DNA of 64,000 nt from Octopus vulgaris. Its lineage: Eukaryota. A program made the translations under genes and the position numbers. The notes below the pieces were generated by a model. The model searched no databases, had not been told where the DNA came from, and saw only the letters and a program-made list of their open reading frames with translations. Each line of letters starts with the position of its first letter. Within the stretch, counting starts at the first letter, position 1. Of the stretch, positions 1 to 12,800 are shown piece after piece. The DNA lies in contig OX597824.1 of assembly GCA_951406725.2 (NCBI GenBank), forward strand, positions 48,298,001 to 48,362,000, in the 5' to 3' direction.

Positions 1-172
1 AACTTGATTGATACTTTAATTTACCGTTTCCAGAGAGATGAAAAGCGATGTAGATTTCGGTGGGATTCGAACTCGGAACGTAAAGAGCAGCAAAAAAAAA
101 ACTGCAAAGATTTTTTTTTATCTGACTCTCTAACGTTTTTGCCAATCCACCATCCCATAGAAACGTAATACT

Positions 173-375
173 TTCAAATTTTGGTACAAGGCTAGCAGTA
201 TCGGGGGAGGGGATAAGTCGATTACGTCGACCCCAGTGTTCAACTGCTACTTATTTTATCGACCCCCGAAAGGGACGAAAGGCAAAGTCGACCTCGGCGG
301 AATTTAAACTCAGAACGTAAAGACGGACGAAAAGCATTTTACTCGGCATGCTAATAATCCTGCCATTTCGCCGCT
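173..375 (-). mobile_element. tRNA-derived SINE family A (Meta-domain-like core); an older copy lies at about 1-150
   Basis: Reverse complement carries B-box GAGTTTAAATTCC and core GCCGAGGTCGACTTTGCCTTTCGTCCCTTTCGGGGGTCGATAAAATAAG, shared with many copies in the window. Confidence 0.85.
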
Positions 376-1122
376 TTAGAGCCCTTAGTAACATAACAAC
401 TGAAACGCAATTTCTGTACTGTCTCTTGCCAATAACATTAACAATACTAACACCATCAACAGTAGTAACACCAACAACAACAACAACCCACCCCATCATC
501 GTCATCGTCATCATCCTCATTACCATTATCACCAGCAGCAGCAACAACAACAATGGCAAATATTGCTATTGATTAAATGACGAATTTGGTTAACATTTTT
601 TTTTGTTTTTACCATATTCATTATTCATACGAAAAACACAAACATGAATCCTATTATTACGACCATTAGCGATGGTACCACAACTGTCCACTATCACTAG
701 TACCACGACGACCATTCCTACCAGTACTTTTTCACTCCAACTCATCTCACTGCCTTTGTATAGAAGTTTTAACTATGCCCAACATATTTATGATGTTTGT
801 ATATTTAATAACTCTTTCACCCCGAAACAACCTTAACAATATTGCAGTTTTAAGCAATTAAACTCCATTTGGATATTGCATCTACCTCATTTATACCAAA
901 ACTAGAACATAACAGAAAAAGTTCTTTGCTTTTATGACACGTTCTGCTCACAAATATTATCTTAAGTACTTTCAGTATAATAGCAACAAAAACTATCACA
1001 AAACACTGCACATATCTCAGTCCCACGTAACTGCACTCGTTGGTGGTGTCGGAGTACGTAATAGAAATAAAATATAAAATTACTGAGAATAGTCACACAC
1101 ACACACACAGAAAAAAAAATAA

Positions 1123-1433
1123 TAGCTAGTTTTTTATGGAGTTTCTCTATATGTCTCCAGTGAAGTCTAATGTCGGCTCCGTACCGATTAGATAATACAG
1201 TTCTATATTTAAGAGATGAGGAATTATGTCTCTATATGTCTCCATTGAAGTCGAATGTCGGCTCTGTACCAATTAGATAATACAGTTCTATATATATATA
1301 TAATTCCTCATCTCTTAAATATAGGACTGAATTATCTAATCGGTACGGAGCCGACATTAGACTTCAATGGAGACATATAGAGAAACTCCATCAAAAAATA
1401 GCTACATAATTCCTCATCTCTTAAATATAGAAC
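1123..1433. repeat. Compound direct plus inverted repeat (foldback)
   Basis: Unit at 1123-1228 is repeated directly in part (1229-1294) and in inverted form (1300-1404); its terminal 29-nt motif recurs inverted at 1405-1433. Confidence 0.9.
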
Positions 1434-1539
1434 GAAAAAAAAAATAATAATGAAATTGTTGTATACAGTGCTCAGGTGCATTACAACACTCAGGTGCGCT
1501 ACATGCACACGTGCAAACAGAAGGGACCCTTTCAATTGG

Positions 1540-1740
1540 TTATCTTTTATCTTCTACTTGTTTCGGTCATTGAACTACGGCCATGCTGGAGTACTGCTTT
1601 GACGTGTTTAGACGAATAAGATGACGCCCAAATCTTATATTTTAAAAGCCTGGTACTTATTCTATCTGACTCTATCGCTGAACCACTAAGTTACGTAAAC
1701 GTGAACATACCAATACCGGTTGTCAAGTGGTGGTGAATGA
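1540..1740 (-). mobile_element. 3' half of SINE family B
   Basis: cggccatgctggag...tggtacttattctatc...aaccactaagttacg matches the 3' half of the copies at 11459-11895 and 34155-34550. Confidence 0.75.
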
Positions 1741-2169
1741 TACATGAATGATTGATATTTTATTGATTCTGTTAGGACAAAATATTAATCCTGATATAAT
1801 TTAAATTTGGAGCATTGACAATGGAACTAAAAATGTTTCGACACTCATTGCACCATTTTTGCCATCTGGATTCTTCTCTTAATATGGATTCTTCGCTTTG
1901 GCATTCATTCATATATTTGCAGAAATTCGTTAAAGTCATTTGGTATATTACTGATACCTATTTTATCAAACTCCGAAGTGGGGTTTTAATTGAGAACTTA
2001 AAGTGATGTAACTAAAATATTTGCTATGGTATTTAGTCTTAAAGCCTTCCTCTCTTCCATCACTAACTTTCCATGTGATGTAACGAAAATGAATTTACTT
2101 ATTCACAGTTCTGCTGCGATAAACTACGTAAATGTATTTATTTATAATTCTGCTATCCTAAACTAAATG

Positions 2170-2360
2170 GTTTTGAAATTTTGGTACAGGGCCAGCAGTT
2201 TTTGAGAGGATGAGGAAGTTGGTTACATAAACCCCAGTATCGAACCTGAGAGGATGAAAAGCAAAATCGACCGTGGCAGGATTTGAACTCAGAATGTAAA
2301 GATGAACAAAAAGCCGCTAAGCATTTTGTATAGTGTGCTAACGATTCTGCCAGCTCGCCA
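2170..2360 (-). mobile_element. SINE family A copy
   Basis: aggatgaaaagcaaaatcgacc...atttgaactcagaatgtaaag...tgctaacgattctgccagctcgcc. Confidence 0.8.
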
Positions 2361-3241
2361 GTCTCTGTTCCACTACCGTAAACTATACTAATCTTACATC
2401 CTATACACTAACTTACTCTGTAGTTGTTTTGTGTCTATTTTTCTCTGCTTCTCTGAACATGTTATTCGCACCCTCTCTAGCTCACATCTCTATTGATTCT
2501 CCACTCTGCAGTGAACTTGAAATTCAAATTGTATATATTAACACCCACTGTTTTCCCAGTTATTTATATGCACGTAGTAATATGCGAGTACATGTTTCTG
2601 CTGCTATTAACACTGTACACATACATAAATACTTACATTTCCGCCCCCAACAAAAAGAGATGAACATTTATCTCACACCTTAACGCACAAGCTTGACCTT
2701 TCATGATCAGGAGTGCCCATGAATAAGCTATGAGCTTCATTGACTTCAGCGAATAGGGGAAAGACGTTCATGCACTTTTTAGTTTCTTTTTTTAGCCGCC
2801 CAGCGATTGGGTGAAATGAGTACAATTAGAGAAATCAAGAGCTGGGTGCAGATTCGGGTTGCTTACTACAATAGAGAAAATACTGCTGCGTAATTAGGTC
2901 GATCATTAATTCGGGACGATATAAATAATCAGTTACTGAATGAATATTCAACAACAGGTTGGTTTTATGAAGTGTGTTATACTGAAATATTTTCTCAGTC
3001 ACCTTCTCAAATTATCTCTATACAGTATCGTAAATAAGAAACGTTTTCTGTAGCTATTCATTTATCGCTCCCCTAACGTCTTTAATCACCCTCTAGTCCC
3101 TACCGTCTTAAAACCATATTACTTCGTTTTAATAAATAAGAAAGAAGCAAATAAAAAAGAAAGAACATGGAAGATTAAGTATAAGGGTGTTTGAGCATGT
3201 CTTTCTTGGAGTATGAGCTCCCTCTATAGGTGATAAGGGTG

Positions 3242-3463
3242 GCAGAACCGTTAGCACGCCGGCCGAAATATGTAGCCGTATTTCGTCTGCCGTTACGTTC
3301 TGAGTTCAAATTCCGCCGAGGTCGACTTTGCCTTTCATCCTTCCGGGGTCGATAAATTAAGTACCAGTTACGCACTGGGGTCGATGTAATCGACTTAGTC
3401 CCTTGTTTGTCTGTCCTTGTTTGTCCTCTCTATATTTAGCCCCATGTGGGTAATAAAGAAACA
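3242..3463 (+). mobile_element. SINE family A, long-tail subtype, with 10-bp TSD
   Basis: B-box GAGTTCAAATTCC, core, tail ...tttagccccatgtgggtaataaagaaac; gataagggtg duplicated at 3232-3241 and 3464-3473. Confidence 0.9.
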
Positions 3464-3651
3464 GATAAGGGTGTTAAAATTGGAGTCTTAATGTTCATAT
3501 TTCAAATTCACTGGTTGATACAGAACTTCACTGATCTAGAATCGATAAACTGGTTTCAAGTATTGTAATAGACTCACTTAAATGCACTTACCATAGTTCA
3601 CTACACACATATAAGCGCTTATGTTTTTTTTTTATTTATATACTAAACATA

Positions 3652-3822
3652 AGCGCAGGAGTGGCTGTGTGGTAAGTAGCTTGTTTACCAACCACATAGT
3701 TCCGGGTTCATTCCCACTGCATGGCACCTTGAGCAAGTGTCTTTTACTATAGCCTCGGGCCGACCAAAGCTTTGTGAGTGGATTTGGTAGACAGAAACTG
3801 AAAGAAGTCTGTCGTATATATG
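3652..3822 (+). mobile_element. 5' half of SINE family B (tRNA head plus CORE-like domain)
   Basis: A-box TGGCTGTGTGG, B-box GGTTCATTCCC, CORE-like ggcaccttgagcaagtgtctt; ends at (TA)n. Confidence 0.85.
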
Positions 3823-3985
3823 TTTAGTTAATCGAGCACTGTTCTGGCATACGCCGCCCGTATGCTTTGTGTGAGATGAGTAACTGTCCAGAAATGAAAG
3901 TTTTTGGTTATTAAGTGAAGGCGTGGTCTTTTGAAAAGAATTGTGTGTGTGTGTGTGTGTGTGTGCGTACATATTTGTCTGTCTG

Positions 3986-4051
<66 letters not shown>

Positions 4052-5294
4052 CATAGGTGTTGGACAAAACAATTGAAACACCTTGTTACATGGAAGCCTC
4101 ATTTAGTATAGATTTGGTCCACATTTGGCATCAATCACAACTACAATGCATCGTGGAATTAACTTGCACAGGTTTTAAACGGTGTTAGGGAAATTTTGAG
4201 CCAATCTACCAGTAAAACTGTCTTAGATCTTCCAGCGACGATAGCTGAAAGAAGCGGCTACTCACTTGCTTCTACAAAAATGCACTATAAATGTTGGATT
4301 ATATTGAGATTCAGCAATTGTGGGGTCAATCCAGCTGGTCCACTTCTCTCTTACGCCCTTCGCATCAACTTTCAATAACATTAATCGTGTGAATCGGCGT
4401 ATTATGGTCCAAGACGATTGGGTGACCACCAGGGAACAATGTACTATAGTAGACTTGATCAGCCAAAATGCACTGGTAATCCACGGTGTTAACTCTGTCA
4501 TATATAATTACAAAGGGGTTAAAGGATTCCATGATATGGAAGGCCAAATCATCACAGAACCTCTCTCATGCTTCACAATAAGGGGTTAAACAGTCAGGGC
4601 TGAATGTTTCTTTGAGCTGTCTCCAAACATAGAATCGCACTGGAATGGGGTATAAAATTGAATGCTGATTCATCAAAGAAGAGGCCATTGCTCCACTGAG
4701 CCGTTGGCCACTTCTGATTGTCTAGACACCATTTTTTCTGCTTATCAATGTTGAGGAGGTACTGCAATTGCAACCTTCCCATGATATATTTCTTTATGGA
4801 GCTCACAACAAGTGGTTTTGGTTGACACAGGGCTGGTATATGGTGGTTTAGCGTTGCTGTCACTTTTGCTGCCGTAGATACAATACGCTTCATTACTCTA
4901 TTCCCCCTCTCTGAGAGCTTTGCCTTCCATCCAGAATTATGCTTGCTTAAGCTGTTTTTCCTCTTGGTTTTGAAATGAGAACAGGATTTTGGAGACTGTA
5001 CCACGCGAAATAACAAACACCTGTGTAGTGACTGAAGCTCCACCCAGTCACGCTCCAACAATTAGTCTTCTTTGGAAATCAGAAAGCTCACGTATTTTAA
5101 GGTATTTAAATATAAGTAGCAGTCAAAAAACGTAAAAAAGTAAAGCAGCAGAGAGCTAGATCATGAAATACAGGCCATTCGTAATACATATATACATATA
5201 TACATAGAGCGTAGAACAGTTTTGAAATGTCATATTTCCAATAAAAAAAATAACTAATATAAAGAAATGCTTCCACTATTTTGTCCGGCCACGT
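4052..5294 (-). mobile_element. Decayed Tc1-like DNA transposon
   Basis: ORF 4594-5061 gives KWCLDNQKWPTAQWSNGLFFDESAFN (first catalytic D motif); a shifted frame gives IVLDHNTPIHT (QQDNAPxH-like); degenerate TIR cores ggacaaaa (~4062) and ttttgtcc (~5279). Confidence 0.85.
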
Positions 5295-6249
5295 CAGTAA
5301 GTGTGTGTATGCGCAAATTATGGTTTAGACTAGGAAGGCAATGACAGAGAAACAACACAGCGAAGCATATAGCTATTCGGAACCGTCCTTAGGTTCCATA
5401 ATTCAAGAAGACTCGTTATATCACAGTGCTATCGGTTGTTCACAGATGTTTAAGTTACATACATAAAGTTATGTGTTTTGGAAGACATTCTATTTTGCTC
5501 CAACTTATTATCATTCTAAACATGAAATCTCTTCTCTAATCTGATTTGATAATCCCGATATAGACTAATTTAAAGACAAATTCTTTTCCAGTTCATTGAG
5601 ATAATTAGAAACACATGCATTTAAAAAAAAGTACTTTTCTTTTCACTAAGAAGAACAGCAGCAATATATAAGCTCCCAATAAATGGAGTCTGCAACGCAG
5701 ATAATCATAGATAAAGGAAATAAGAATTTGTGATGTTCAAGCGTTTTCCAACAGTCTAAACATTATACAAGTAAGAAGTTTCATGAAGAAGTTTCATTTC
5801 CTGTATGATGCGAAATCGAGAGCCCGTCATTGATTTGACCTTCGGGAAATTGCCTCCTGTTCTATGACATTAACATCGTTTCTTTGATTATTAATTTCTT
5901 TCAATTTATTAGAAAGGCTCATATTTCAGTGAAGAACAAAGGGAGCGCTGTGGTATCCAAACCTTTGATATGCGTTTTACTGACATATTTGAAGTGGAAT
6001 AACTGTCGGACTGAAAGTGTATGGTGGGCAACAAATCACTGGAAGTTTCCCCTCGTTCTATGGCGTTTCATATGCGAATTACTGACTATCGATTTATACT
6101 CGACAGAAGTGATCACAATATATTACTGGTACTAAACATTAAATAATTTATAACGACCAAACGCATACACAGATCTAACCATTCATCAACTCATCCGCTC
6201 ACACACCCATCAATCCATCCATCCATCCATCCATCCATCCATCCATCCA

Positions 6250-6288
<39 letters not shown>

Positions 6289-7851
6289 TAGATAGATAAT
6301 TAACTGTTACACATGTGATCAGTAGCAGCTCAAAATATGGTGGTACTACCACCTATTGTGTCATGATGTTAATACGATTAGTCATTGCAAACCATAAATA
6401 TAGTCAGTGCTGGAATATATGTAGATACTATCCCTGTTATTGTTAACATACATACCTGTCTCAACACAAAAAAACATTGGTAGAACATTCTCACTAAACT
6501 TTTCGCCCTATTCAAACATAAAAGGCTTGAAATAGTTGTTTGAGACAATAAGAAAAGAATCATGCCCAGTCATAGAAGTCAACAGCCACGCAAACGTGAT
6601 TTTTTCTTTCAAAATCAGTGAGAATATTTATGAGCAACTGCTTCGAAATCTGCAGTTACTCTATCTAGATTAAACATTCACATTTATAGTAATAAATATT
6701 AAGTACTCAATACAATGTGTTAGTAAATGCTTGAATGCCATTCTCAAAAATTTAGGGTTTTAAAGAAGACAAAGTGACCAGCTAACAAGCACTTTAGAAA
6801 TACAATATGGTAGAATTTGAAAGTAGAATAGTAACAGTAAAAAATTCCGGTCACATGTCTGTGTGATGTGTGTGTGTGTGTGTGTGTGTGTTTGTCCGGA
6901 TTAGTATGTGTCTGATTTATAAATCTATTGTAGTAAACTAGTGAAAGCCATTAAAATGGGGGCAATCGATGTTGCCTCCGGGGAGGGGTAGAAACGTCAT
7001 TCTCATTTTGTCCATGAGTGGTAAAAACGAAGACACAGTCAGCAAAAATTCCTATTTTTATTTATCTTAATGTCATTAAGAGTGAAAATCAACTGTTGGT
7101 TATATTTGATTACACAAGTTCAAGCAATCAATTCTGTTAATCGTTCTGATGCAAGGACGGAATGGATATTTATTCTTCTGAGTAAATATGACTGATCTCT
7201 CCTTGATTGATGTCTCAGATGGCCAACTGCGAAATAATTGACTTTATTTATCGTACTACTGCGCCGAATAAATATATATTTATCTTTATATCCTTGTTTT
7301 CAAACACCAACTTCTGAAATCGATTTCATATTACATTTTCCTAGTTAAAATATTGATTGTTTTTACATCGGCTCAACTTTACACAAAATTGTACAAACCC
7401 CACACCACCACGATGAATATGTAAAATGCATGCATCTCCTCTCTCAAGGCATTTAGCAATGTATGGGAAATATATGAATTATCATCAGCCTGGAATTGTG
7501 ACTCGACATGCAAGAGATTTTGCCATTTATTCCGACCAATACTTTTTGAAGTTTTGGTATCAAAACATATTGCTCTGCTCTCTGGTATTTTATGTGACTA
7601 TAGAAGTGATCGTTGACATCTGTTCAAAGTAATCTATATCAATTCATGGCAACTAATCCTATTTTCTTTTATCCAAAGTATCTCATGAAGAAATCATGGG
7701 CTAAATGTTATGGATAAAACAAGAAATTCTGAAATTCTAGGGAGAGCTGAACAGCGGAAGGTTTTCACGACCGTCATTATGCTTGTGTTTCGGCCCTTAC
7801 ACCATTCCTATTCCAAACATGGATTGAGATCTTTAATGTTTTCACACTTAA

Positions 7852-7908
<57 letters not shown>

Positions 7909-8019
7909 CATGCATATGCATATATACATAGTCACACATATGCATATATACACACACGCACACACACACACACTCATATATACATACATACCTGTATATA
8001 TCTATACATACATATACAT

Positions 8020-8058
<39 letters not shown>

Positions 8059-8532
8059 AAAACACATGTATATATATGTGTGTGTATATATATATATACA
8101 TATACACACATACAGATATATGTGTATACGTACATACACATACACACGCACACAAACACACACACACATGTATATGAACACATGCAGATATACCTATACG
8201 TAGATATATGAGTATACTTAATGCAAGGGCCGTACAAAATGTTTGTGGTTTATGAAGCTGCGTGGGGAGATAAGTCGTGAAGGTGCGTGTGGGAATATTT
8301 CAGTGTAACATAGTTGCCAGCACCAGCTGGTTGCTGAATGTCCATTCAATAACTAAATATTTATATCGACCTGTATTAATGGTCGACCTAGTTATTGGCA
8401 ATAGCATTTTCTCGTTGGTTATGTCTTGTTGTTAGGACAGTAGTAGTAGTTGTAGTAGTAGTAGTAGTAGCAGTAGTAGTGGGCGTAGTTGAAATAGCAG
8501 CAGTGAGAGCAAACAACAATGCCAGTATCTGC

Positions 8533-8566
<34 letters not shown>

Positions 8567-8655
8567 GTTGTAATTTATAGAAGTAATCACTGACTACAGT
8601 GTTAGATTAGCAATAATAGCTACAGTAGTAGCTATAGCAGCGTCATTACACATTG

Positions 8656-8733
<78 letters not shown>

Positions 8734-8947
8734 CAAAGCAGTTTGATTCAGACTTCTTGGTACTCTGAGTTTCAAGTGTGTAGTTAGTCTTCGGCCATTG
8801 TGGTCTGATTCTGACCCCAATGGCCGATGACTAGCCACACGCTCGAGTACCAAAGAGTTTGAATCAAAATGTTTTGATCTTTTCATGTAACTCCCAATAA
8901 ATGTGTTGAGCGTGCTTCTTTCGTTTGTCTACTCACACGTATATGTA

Positions 8948-10561
8948 CAGCCTTGGCCAAAAATATTAACCCACCCCAATGTTTTTGGGTTCTGCTATCT
9001 TAATGTTAATGAAACTCGTGTACATGGTAGATTATGGTATATTTCACAATATATATTAGTTTTAATATCTGGTAGACCCTCCTTTAGCATCAGTTACCGC
9101 TTTTATACGGTTAGGCATTGAATCAAATAGTTTCTTGCAGGTACTAGGCGCAATTTTACTCCATTCTTTTCTCAACTGTTGGTACAAATTCCCTTTATTT
9201 TTTAATTGTTGTGTCCCTGAGAGCTTCATCAAGAGTTCTCCATTGGTGTTCGATCGGATTTAGGTCGGGACATTGAGCTGACCAGTCCATGGGAACAATA
9301 ATTTGTGTCTCAAACCATTGACGAGTATTCATTGCTTTATGACATGGAGTGTTGTCCTGTTGAAAGATAACACTGTTTTCCGACACACCTGGATACAATT
9401 TAGCAATTGATGGCTCTAAAACATCCAATAACATAGAAGCATAGGTAGCTGAATTCATCCTGCCCTGATATAAAAATATTTCTCTGGGTCCTGTGGCAGA
9501 CATGCAAGCCGACACCATGATAGGACCACCTCTGTGTTTCACGGTTGGTACCAGACCTTCAGCCTTAAATACTTCCACAATTCTGTGACGCATGAAGGTT
9601 GCACCAGATGTACCGAAAACCTGAGTAAAAACTTGAAAAATAATATTAGCTTTATGTTGGATGCTTTTTTTATATATATTTTGGGCAACAAACCAGTTAC
9701 ATTAAGTTTATATGTTGATTGCATACATATACTATCTTACCTCTTAGTTACTTTCATCAGATCATATGACTTTCGACCATAGCTCACTGGTGCAATTTGA
9801 GTGATTTTTTTGCCCATTGAAGACGTTTTTCCATATTTGCTTCAGAAATCCATGGCTTCTTCCTGGCTTTACAGCCTTTCAGACCGTACTCTACAAGCCT
9901 TCTTCTAACAGTTCTGGTTGATATTTGTGAAGTACTTGCCTCGTTGAAGTCCGCACAGAGCTCCGACGATGTTTTTCTCCGGTTTCTGAGCGATTGACGG
10001 ATGATGGATCTGTCATCACGAGGTGAAGAAACCTCTTTTCTACCTGTTCTTTGTACTGACATCACATCTTTTGTGTCTCTGAAGCGCTTGAGAGTTTGCA
10101 CCGCACATCGGAAACACCACACCTCGGGAATATTTGCTCTCTCTGGAGCGCTTGACAGTTTGCACCGCACATCGGGAACATTTCATCTTCTGAGCAATTT
10201 GCCTTTCAGACATTCCATCTTCATGATGAGCTACGATTTAATCTCGCTCACACTCACTCAACTCCCTTGTTTTAGGTGTTTTACTGTTTATTAACTGTAT
10301 CTACAAAGTATTTTAGTATAACACTCTGAAATAATCAAGGAAACATAAGTTAATTTTGGACGTTGATTTTACTCATAATTGGTTGCATATGTACAGTACA
10401 GTTTAAAAGTGGTAATTGAAGCTACAGGAGGATCAACCAGATATTAAAACTAATGTATATTGTGAAATATACCATAATCGACCATGTGCACGAGTTTCAT
10501 TAACATTGAGATCGCAGAAACCCAAAACATTGGGGTGGCCTAATACTTTTGGCTGAGGCTG
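8948..10561 (-). mobile_element. Full-length (1.6 kb) Tc1 element, DD34E, inactivated
   Basis: ~135-bp TIRs starting CAGCCT, TA on both flanks (8946-8947, 10562-10563); transposase motifs RTGRK, ARKKPWIS, SDES and FQQDNTPCH...PDLNPIE with 34 residues between D and E. Confidence 0.97.
9195..10280 (-). pseudogene. Tc1 transposase pseudogene with a putative 120-bp intron at 9621-9740
   Basis: WSKVI*SDESN*E, then GTAAGA...ttttactcAG, then VFGTSGATFMRHR in frame with ORF 9195-9593; stops and frameshifts present. Confidence 0.9.
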
Positions 10562-10562
10562 T

Positions 10563-10615
10563 ATACATACATACATACATACATACATACATACATACAT
10601 ACATACATACATACA

Positions 10616-10673
<58 letters not shown>

Positions 10674-10675
10674 TA
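10563..10675. repeat. (ACAT)n and (AT)n microsatellite
   Basis: Direct reading; begins at the Tc1 TA target site. Confidence 0.95.
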
Positions 10676-11012
10676 TAAAACATATACGTTGCGCGCGCGT
10701 GTGTAGCACCCCTACCACTTTTCAATACCTCACCGCGAAAACCTTAGAGATCTATAAAGAGTAGATATGGAATTATTGAAAAGCATTTACACATTTCGTT
10801 TTCTTGTATTTGAAGTCGCAGGTTGACCTGCTTTGCGACAAGAAACACAGATGACGACAGCGTTGTCCAACTCACTCATTCATCAAAATTATACATGGAG
10901 GGGTGAGGGTTGTGGAAAAGAAATACATTAAAAATCACATCAATGTCGGTGTTCCAACACTGCTTTGAGCTTCTAGCTGAGGCAAGCAAAAAAGAAGTGT
11001 ATGTGTGCGGGT

Positions 11013-11058
<46 letters not shown>

Positions 11059-11071
11059 TTATGAGTGAGAA

Positions 11072-11103
<32 letters not shown>

Positions 11104-11357
11104 CGCACACACACACACTCACATATACACATCAGTCGAAGTGTACAGTATTATGTATCCATCACAGTCGATCTTACCTCCTGGTTTCGCACCGGTGCTG
11201 GCAACTATGTTACACTTAAAATATTCTCACACTCACCTTCACAACCCGTATATATAACCCTGCACTCTTTAGAGATGGCCAGTTAAGGAAGAAAATCCCT
11301 CTATTGACAAAAATACTAGTGCATATTTCTTTTGATTTATGGATTCTTAGACGAATG

Positions 11358-11442
<85 letters not shown>

Positions 11443-11458
11443 ATCTACTCTATTTCTC

Positions 11459-11694
11459 TCTCTTTACTCTCTTTTACTTGTTTCAGTCATTTGACTGCGG
11501 CCATGCTGGAGCAAATCGAGCAAATCGAGCAAATCGACGCAAATTTAGTCGAGCAAATCGACCCCAGGACTTATTCTTTGTAAGCCTAGTACTTATTCTA
11601 TCGGTCTCTTTTGTCGAACCGCTAAGTTACGGGGACGTAAACACACCACCATCGGTTGTCAAGTGATGTTGGGGAGACAAACACAGACATACAA

Positions 11695-11727
<33 letters not shown>

Positions 11728-11895
11728 CATATACATATATACAACGGGCTTCTTTCTGTTTTCGCCTATCAAATCCACTCACAAGGCTTTGGTCGGCCCG
11801 AGGCTATAGTAGAAGACACTTGCCCAAGCTGCCACGCAGTGGGACTGAACCCAGAACCATGTGGTTGGTAAGCAAGCTATTTACCACACAGCCAC
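11459..11895 (-). mobile_element. Near full-length SINE family B (CORE-like) with internal (CA)/(TA) microsatellite
   Basis: Collinear with the copy at 34155-34550; flanked by (ATCT)n and (ACAT)n tracts. Confidence 0.9.
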
Positions 11896-12299
11896 ATACA
11901 CACACACATACATACATACATACATACATACATACATACATACATACATACATACATACATACATGCATGCATACATACATACATACATACATACATACA
12001 TACATACATACATACATACATACACACGCATATAGATAGATAGATAAATATACATATATATAAGTTTCTGGTGTAACCATGTCGAAATGGTGGGTAGATG
12101 GGTAAAATCCTACTCTGTTTTTCTTTCGGAGTGAAGATCTGTAGGGAGACTGATATACCATCAGGAGTATAATATCAAAAAGAGGCGAAGACATACAGCA
12201 CGAACCATTGATATTTAGTTTGCAAGTTATCTTTAGAAGCATATATACGTCGAATGTCTCACGTTGTGAAACGTTGTCATTCTATCTCCAACGCAGCAA

Positions 12300-12800
12300 A
12301 TGATCCGTCAATCGTAAACTGTCAATACTTTATCACCCATCTTTATTTCCTTGAAACAAACGACCTTTCCTTCCCGCCCACCTCTTTCATATTAAACTTG
12401 CTGTTTCTTTTTTGTTTTGGTTTCTTTGTTAACTGTTTGTTTTTACTCTACTGTCATTTACGATATCTGTTTCGTTTACAAGTGGATATATCGGCTGAAC
12501 ACATACACATCGTCAGTAGAGCAAAAAAAAAAGTATCATCTTCATTATATTTATTACAGAAGGCACTTATCATTGTCTGAATTAACAGTAAATTAGCAAT
12601 TTCGAAATGTGTAAAACATATTTTGTCTTATTGTGAAATAAATTATGGATCTTAATTCCGAAATTAAAGAGCGAACACGTGTTTTCGGCTGTCGCTAGAG
12701 TTTCATATGATCCAATATAACTGAAATGCGGTTTCCCTTCCTTATCTTCGCCAGTAAGACTTAATATATGTATGTACTTCTGAATGTATTGATCCATTTA
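12300..12800 (-). mobile_element. Possible very old hAT (Charlie/ZBED-like) N-terminal remnant
   Basis: DQYIQKYI...EDKEGKP...ETLATAEN loosely resembles the Charlie-type BED-finger region; the cysteines are absent. Confidence 0.25.

Noticed and set aside
7710-8237. Overlapping ORFs rich in YI/CV/HT (also 10433-12242, 42491-45495, 63038-63470)
   Set aside because: Translations of (TA), (CA) and (TATG) microsatellites that lack stop codons.
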